The notes beneath the pieces were generated by a model that searched no databases, had not been told where the DNA came from, and saw nothing but the letters and a program-made list of their open reading frames with translations. From contig NC_043001.1 in assembly GCF_006345805.1 (NCBI RefSeq), positions 126,356,001-126,420,000 on the forward strand: DNA of 64,000 nt. Reading direction: 5' to 3'. Origin of the DNA: Octopus sinensis. Its lineage: Eukaryota. A program made the position numbers and the translations under genes. This document shows positions 56,768-64,000 of this stretch, piece by piece. Position 1 is the first letter of the stretch. Every line of letters begins with the position of its first letter.

Positions 56768-57480
56768 TTATATTTCTCTCTATATATATCCATTATCTTC
56801 CATACATAATCGTAATCTACATCATCTGGAAAATGTCATTAAACAAATACACAAGAAAAAAATATGTTATGAGGCAACAGATTCAGTGGCATGCACACTT
56901 TTTTAGTTATGCCAAGGCCACTTGACAATCAACTGGGATTCTATTGCAGAACATATAGTGTAAGTGGCTTCCACAACAACCAAGTGCTGACACCAGCATT
57001 GCGAGTGAAATTTTAGTAGTGATAAACGTAATTGAGATGATTTAGTGCGACTGTAGCTTGTGGTTGCCGACCAATGTATCACAAAATATTCAACAATCAT
57101 GCAGAAGTTATACGGTTTAAAATATACAGATCAAGGATGATTGTGCTATGACAGTATATCTGTAAGTTGTAATTTTGAACTCCCAGTCATCTGCGGCAGT
57201 AAATCCGTCACGATTCTTGGTTGTATTTCTCTCTTCACTTAGTGTTAGTACACCTGAAAAAAAATTAAATGTGTCACTTTTGTATTGTTTAGTCAAAGTA
57301 TTCCAGCCGTGACAGTCCCTTTTTATTTTTACCTAGAATGTCAAGATTTCTATTATCTAATGTGTCCCAATATTAAGTAGATTCAGCTACTTTTTCTAGC
57401 AAGTCAAACATCCACTTCTTTCGTGATTCGGTAATTATTGAGTCATTCTAAATAGCAACAATATAACATTATAAAATGCA

Positions 57481-57630
57481 TTGGACCAATCAGAGTAGCG
57501 GAGCTCGAATGTGTGTGCCACCCGGAGCAGCCCTTTTGTTTACTGCCTCCTCTCGAGAAGCCCCAAAGTACAGCTCCCATAAAAGCGTTACCCGGGATGG
57601 ACCGTCCCCTCTCACTGGCCAGTCAGTCTT
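57481..57630 (+). promoter_or_regulatory. Candidate Pol II promoter
   Basis: GGACCAATCAG (CCAAT, 57486), TGTTTAC (57537), CATAAAAG (57578) and Inr-like TCACTG/TCAGTC (57612/57623) in a locally GC-richer unique patch. Confidence 0.35.
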
Positions 57631-58799
57631 ACTCCAGGTTTTCCTTGCACCCTCTTTCTCTCTGTCTCTTTCTGTGTTTTATTATTTTTTTTACCTTTTC
57701 TTCTACTATTCGCTCTGTTAATCTTTGTGTGTGATCACTTAAGCAGAGTAAGATGAGCTGTTGACATCGACTTTCTTCAAGGTTTCTGAAATTGCAAGAA
57801 GAAAGTGAGGCCTTGCTGGCCAAAAAAAAAGACCTGAAGGCTTGCAACACAGTGAGACTCACATAAAGCATTGATGGGCGAAGTCTTATTGCTAAAGGAA
57901 GAAGGTGAGGACGGATTACATTAAAATATTTAACACTAAACGACAATCAGCTTCATTGACACCATCTCCTCCTCTTCCAATTACTCCTCCGGTGCTGTAA
58001 TTATTATCACGGAATGTATGTTAATGTTTTCTCACTCTTAAACTGCCAAACTACTCCAAGACAGCTTAAACATAACAGTGCCAGTTTGGCCTTATAACCT
58101 AAAATAAATATTTAAAGTTTACTTGTATTGAATATCAAAACGACCTTTTGTCAAACGAGTTTAACTCACCAACACACACAAGCATGTATGTATATTATGT
58201 ACATTTTTGCTTTTGGCCTTCTTTTTTTTAAAATTTCTTACAAAAACAGAAAGACCCTATCTGTAACTCACACAGTAGAAACATTTTATTAGAATTTAGA
58301 CATCAAGTAGATAATTGTGAAGGTATGTATGAATGTACGTATGTATGAATATATATATATGTATGCGTACATCCATGTCATTGCATAGTTTGATTTACCT
58401 ACATGTACATGTACATGTACATATGTTTCGTATGTCCATAAGTTTTATCTGCAGATAAAGCCTATGGAATGTTTTGACATCTTTCGACATCTCCAGTAAT
58501 GGCGTGTAATTTCTTAATTAGCCATATCCTTTCTAGTTCTGTGATGTTTAACTTCTGAAGATTATTTCTGACATGTGCTATGTAATAACACAATTCTCTG
58601 ATATATATATGTATGAATGTATGTATGTATGTATGTATATATATATGTATGTATGAATGTATGTATGTATGTATGTATGTATGTATTTATGTATGATTGT
58701 ATATGTATGTATGTACGTACGTATGTATGCATGTATGTATGTATGTATGTAGTATGTATGTATGTATGTATGTATGTACGTATGTATGCATGTATGTAT

Positions 58800-59045
58800 A
58801 AGTTTTCTTTGAGTTCTATTTAAGTTCTTGAGAGAGTTCGAGTCGGTTGCTAACAAAGCGACAAGACTTTTTGAGTTGAGAGAGTTCCTCGTGTGTGTAA
58901 TTATCTGGATGAGTTGGAGTGCTGGTTGAACTGTTGATGCATACACTCAAGTGTGTGCATCTATTCACACAAGAATCTCAGATGGAGAATTTTTTGAATG
59001 TCTTACAAATCTTCACTATTCCACAAATAGATTGGATTTGGCGAA
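58800..59045 (-). mobile_element. 3' end of a second, related RLE retrotransposon family
   Basis: Reverse strand encodes IRQIQSICGIVKICKTFKKFSI*, homologous to LQIQYITGTVKICKTFQK at about 7670-7735, but the 3' UTR is different. (TACA)n on both sides. Confidence 0.65.
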
Positions 59046-59096
59046 TGTATGTATGTATGTATGTATGTATGTATGTATGTATGTATGTACATATAT

Positions 59097-59995
59097 ATGC
59101 CATAATTCAAGCATTTAAATATTCAAATGTTTCAAGATTTCTTGCCAATAGAGAAAGCCGGTTTGTAACCTAGATACATGACTCCATCATTGGAATTTCA
59201 ACATGGTATGTATGTATGTATGTATGTATGATGTATGTATGTATGTATGTATGTATGTATGTATGTATGTATGTATGCATCTAGATTCGTATGATTTGTG
59301 TTATGTATGTATTCTCATGCATATATTGCATATCTAGACATGTTCATATATACTTAAATGATAAACTTCTAGAAAGTTTTACAGATTTTTATAGTTTTAT
59401 TGATGGCTTAGATCTGGTGTTTTCGAATCAGTTTTCTCCATTCTGGTTTTGAGAAAACTAACTTCTCAAGATTGGTATTTAGGCAGCCCCAATAATTACA
59501 GGTATTATCCTGGACTTGTAATCTAGATAGAGTAACTGTAGATTTCTCAGTAGGTGTTCTCGTTTTCACTGATCTTCAGCTTTATTTTAACATCCGCTGG
59601 GCAACTGATTTTCACAACTGTACAATTATTCTTCCTTATCCCAAATCATTATATCAGGTCTGTTGTGCTTAACTTTTATTGAGGTCTTCAGTACTCATTT
59701 TTATTATGAGTGGCTATGGCTTCCACCATACTGTGAGTTCTCATTTCTTTGTCTTCGGGGTTATCCTTTCGTCGGATCTCGTTGTACAGTGTCCTAGCTA
59801 CATCATGTCTCATACCACGATGACATTTTCGAAGAACTGCTTATGATGTGGGTAATATCTTTGGTGTTAACTCCACAAAGGCTGCTTCGGTTGTCACATC
59901 TTACTGCTTTTCCTGTATCCCTGTCCTTTCTGTGCATCAGGTTTTTAGTTAATATTTCCTATTCATGGATGGCAAACACATAACCTTCAAAGTGG
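59097..59995 (-). mobile_element. R4/Dong-type RLE non-LTR retrotransposon fragment (same family as 7151-8005)
   Basis: Reverse translation gives FEGYVFAI.E.EI.T, a decayed CCHC knuckle (LCG...DITHIISS), RHD, KHNRPDIMIWD and ISCPADV. The 3' UTR matches 7740-8005, and a (TACA)n tail follows. Confidence 0.85.
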
Positions 59996-60454
59996 TGTGT
60001 ATATATATGTATGTATAGAACTGGCTTCTTAATGTTCTTCTGTTTTCTCCCATATTATCTATCCCTCAGACTTCCCATCTACAAAAGCCTTCATATACCT
60101 CACAACTATATTCATAACCCCCAACATCTGAACTATTCCTCTATTTGACTGCAGCAGCTCGAGAATTCCAGGATAATCAGCCAGCTGCTCTGTCGTTCAT
60201 ATCGAGAGCTGCCCAGACGAACCTGGGTAGTTGATCTAGGTACGGACGATAAAAGCGGAGAAGCTAAGTTATAGTGTGCTATTTAGAGGACACATTTTTT
60301 ACTAGTGGTGTTTTTCTGAAATATAAAACATATTTAACAAAAGTTATTCAGAACGAAATAATGAGTATAGTATTGTATACTAACGAGGATAGTATTGTAT
60401 AATAGTATTGTATAAATAACGTGGATAGTATTGTATAATATTAAAAATATTTTT

Positions 60455-60870
60455 TATCGTTTATCTTTTACTTGTTTCAATAATTGGACAGCGGCCATGC
60501 TGGGCATCGCCGTGAAGGATTTTTGTTACTTATTTTGAATATAAGTTTAGTACTTCTTATATCGGACATTATTGCCGAACCGTTAGGTGACGGGCATGTA
60601 GACAAACCAGCACCGGTTGTCAAGCGGAGGGGAGACAGACACAAATGCAAAGACACACACACACATACATACACTCACTCTCTCACTCACCCATCTCTCT
60701 TTCACTGTCTCACACACACAACGAAGTTTTTTCAGTTTCCGTCTACCAAATTCATTCACAAGCCACTCGTCGGCTTGGGGCTATAATTGAAGACACTTGT
60801 CCAAGGTGACACGCAGTAGGACTGAACCAGAATACATATGGTTGCGGGAAGCAAGCTTCTTACTGCATAA
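60455..60870 (-). mobile_element. Bipartite tRNA-derived SINE
   Basis: Diverged reverse copy of the same family. Confidence 0.8.
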
Positions 60871-61580
60871 ATAGATTATATAATAAAGTTCCCCCACCGG
60901 CATGATTTTCAGAGGATAAAAGAAATGAACGTCAAATCTGGAATGTCATTCGTCTTGTAGGGCAGCTATGACCCAGGGCTAAACAACATCACACATATTA
61001 CACACACAATACACACCGAGATACTTTACACAGCTACATGCTCTCTTTCAGTGAAATGGTTATAACAGAAAACAGAAGGCAAAGACAGGAATGACACAGA
61101 AGAATATGGACTGAAGCAGTATAGGACGGTGAATAATGTTCATTCATTCTTTGTTAAGCTATTTTGAATTTCACCATTTTGTGTGTCACATATTCATCTC
61201 GTTGTTGTTTGTCTTGTCATTATCGTTCACTTCGTGTATGTTTTCAATAATTGTTATGTTGTTGTTGGTTGTGGTGTTGTTGTTGTTTCTGTTTTTGATG
61301 CCATTGCCGTTTGCTATTTTTCTTTTATATATTTCACTATTTTTTATATAAACAGTTTTAGCTGTTGACATGGTATGCTGTATTAATGAACGTAAGTAGT
61401 TATGGGTAAATGCCTTTGTATGTATGGCGATATATGCGTATGTATATATGTATGTATGTATGTATATATGTATGTTTGTTTGTATGAATCTATCTATATA
61501 CATATATATATACCTACATATGTATATATACAAAGATATACATATACATATATGCATATATATATATATACATATGCGTG

Positions 61581-61612
<32 letters not shown>

Positions 61613-62111
61613 TCTATATGCGTGTATATACATATATACATATGTATATATACATATATGCGTATAAATATATATATATATATATATATTTGTGTGTTTA
61701 TATATATGTATGTATGTATATATATATATATATATATATGAATATGCCTTTGTGCATTTATGCAAATATATATGCGTGGAATGTATGTATATCTACATGA
61801 AAAATACATATTAAGTACATATTGGGCTAAATATAATACGTGCACATGTGAAAGCATATCTATTAAGACACGCACTCACACACACGCATGCACACACATA
61901 TCGATCCATACACACAAACACACATACACACATATATAAGAGGTGGGTATATACGAGTATATGCAAAATATGTATATGTACGTATATAGACAGAGGAGGT
62001 GATAAAGAAAGTGTGAGAGGCAAAGAAGAGGTGTGAGAGAAAGCGAGAATATTTGCCATATTTGCATGACGCCTGAACATGTTTCTGCAACTTACAACAC
62101 CAGCACTGACG

Positions 62112-62168
<57 letters not shown>

Positions 62169-62179
62169 TACACACACAC

Positions 62180-62215
<36 letters not shown>

Positions 62216-62216
<1 letters not shown>

Positions 62217-62379
62217 CGACAGGCTTCTTTCAGTTTCCGCCTACCAAATCCACTCACAAGGCATTGGTCGGCCCGGGGCTATAGCAGAAGACACTTGCCC
62301 AAGATGCCACGCAGTGGGACTGAACCCGGAACCATGTGGTTGGTTAGCAAGCTACTTACCACACAGCCACTCCTGCGCC

Positions 62380-62381
<2 letters not shown>
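62216..62381 (-). mobile_element. Bipartite SINE head
   Basis: Near-consensus reverse head: ggcgcaggagtggctgtgtggtaag...gaaactgaaagaagcc. Confidence 0.9.
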
Positions 62382-62422
<41 letters not shown>

Positions 62423-62489
62423 TATATAATATATATATTTGTGTTTATATATAATATATATTTATATAATGTATATAAATGTATATATG

Positions 62490-62553
<64 letters not shown>

Positions 62554-62586
62554 TTATATGTATTATATATATATTATATATATATA

Positions 62587-62620
<34 letters not shown>

Positions 62621-63229
62621 TGGACTGCATCAGTGCTGGTGTTGTAAGTTGCAGAAACATGTTCGGGCGTCATACAAATATGGCAAATATTCTCGCTTCA
62701 CATATATATATATATTTATTTATATATATGCATATAAATATATATATTTATATATATTCATGTAAATGTTATACATATATATGCACATTAAATATACAGC
62801 TACATATAAATATACGTATAAGCATTTTCATTTGTGGACAGCAATGTGTACACACGCATACGTACACACACACACATATATACACGCATATATTATAATA
62901 CATATACATATATATATTTTATATCTGCACATGTACAAACACGCAGACACACTGAGACAGACTCACATAGTTATAAATGTCTCTGAGTATTCATATATAC
63001 CTATATTTATATATATGAGTGTTAAGTCAATTTCAGTAAAACAGTGTATGATACTCTAAAACAAAACACATGAACAAATAAGCACGAATTAACATCTGGT
63101 TATATATATTGGAATAACAGAAGTCTGCTTTAATGTTCTCGACAAAGAAAGCCCGTTTACTCTGTAAATATTATTCAACAATTTGAGCCGGTGTAAATAC
63201 GAATATATATGTACATAGATACATACATA

Positions 63230-63268
<39 letters not shown>

Positions 63269-63345
63269 TAAAATAAGCAACAAGAAAGGTTCCGGTAATT
63301 TGGTACGATCGTTTCGTACTACATCATGTATATATATATATGCAT

Positions 63346-63384
<39 letters not shown>

Positions 63385-63424
63385 GGTAAGTATATTTAAG
63401 TAGTATATATGTATCTGTATATAG

Positions 63425-63467
<43 letters not shown>

Positions 63468-63491
63468 ATATATATATATGCACACCACACA

Positions 63492-63720
63492 CACTAACTG
63501 AACAACCCGTCGTTGCCGGGCAAATTTTACATTAGAATGCCTTATATAAATTTTAGTTTTATTCCATATCAGACCATGGAATATCTTCCCAGACAGATTT
63601 GTGGAGTTTTTCGCAAAAATTCTTCGTTGAGGGTTTTTTCTTTTTAAAATTAATTACATATCTGTTTTGCTGTTTCACATGACGTTATTCCTTAAAACTT
63701 ATAACATTTCAGAAGCCCGG
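63492..63720 (-). mobile_element. Decayed Helitron 3' end
   Basis: actaactgaacaacccgtcgttgccggg resembles the actag...cccggcgttgcccggg terminus at 34613-34641. Confidence 0.45.
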
Positions 63721-63889
63721 AGATTTTGATGTGATTTTAAAATTTCACTATGTAACAGCAACAAGGAAGACCCTACAATGAAGAGACAGACAGAGGGGCC
63801 GCTTCAAGGCTTGCATGTATGAATGTATGTATGTATGTATGTATGTATGTATGTATGTATGTATGTATGTATGTATGTATGTATGTATG

Positions 63890-63933
<44 letters not shown>

Positions 63934-64000
63934 TATATATATATGCATGTATATATATATATGTATGTCTGTATATATATGTATATATATGTATGTATAT

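Overview
Repeat-dominated, AT-rich animal genomic DNA. The tRNA-derived SINE families and extreme microsatellite load point to an octopod cephalopod (Octopus-like); this is an inference, not a database match. One protein-coding exon is well supported: a + strand terminal exon (45148-46191) of a rolling stone (Rost)-like multi-pass membrane protein, whose N-terminal exon was not located. The rest is SINEs of about four families, Tx1/L1 and R4/Dong-type LINE fragments sitting in tetranucleotide microsatellites, Tc1/mariner relics, MITEs, a non-autonomous Helitron, Penelope-like (PLE) terminal repeats, long palindromes, two tandem duplications and a 16-bp minisatellite. The most notable signal is a structurally complete type I hammerhead ribozyme (44350-44425) on the sense strand about 720 nt upstream of the rost-like exon, along with several minimal or variant hammerhead motifs. 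Almost all short ORFs in the track are microsatellite or SINE artefacts.
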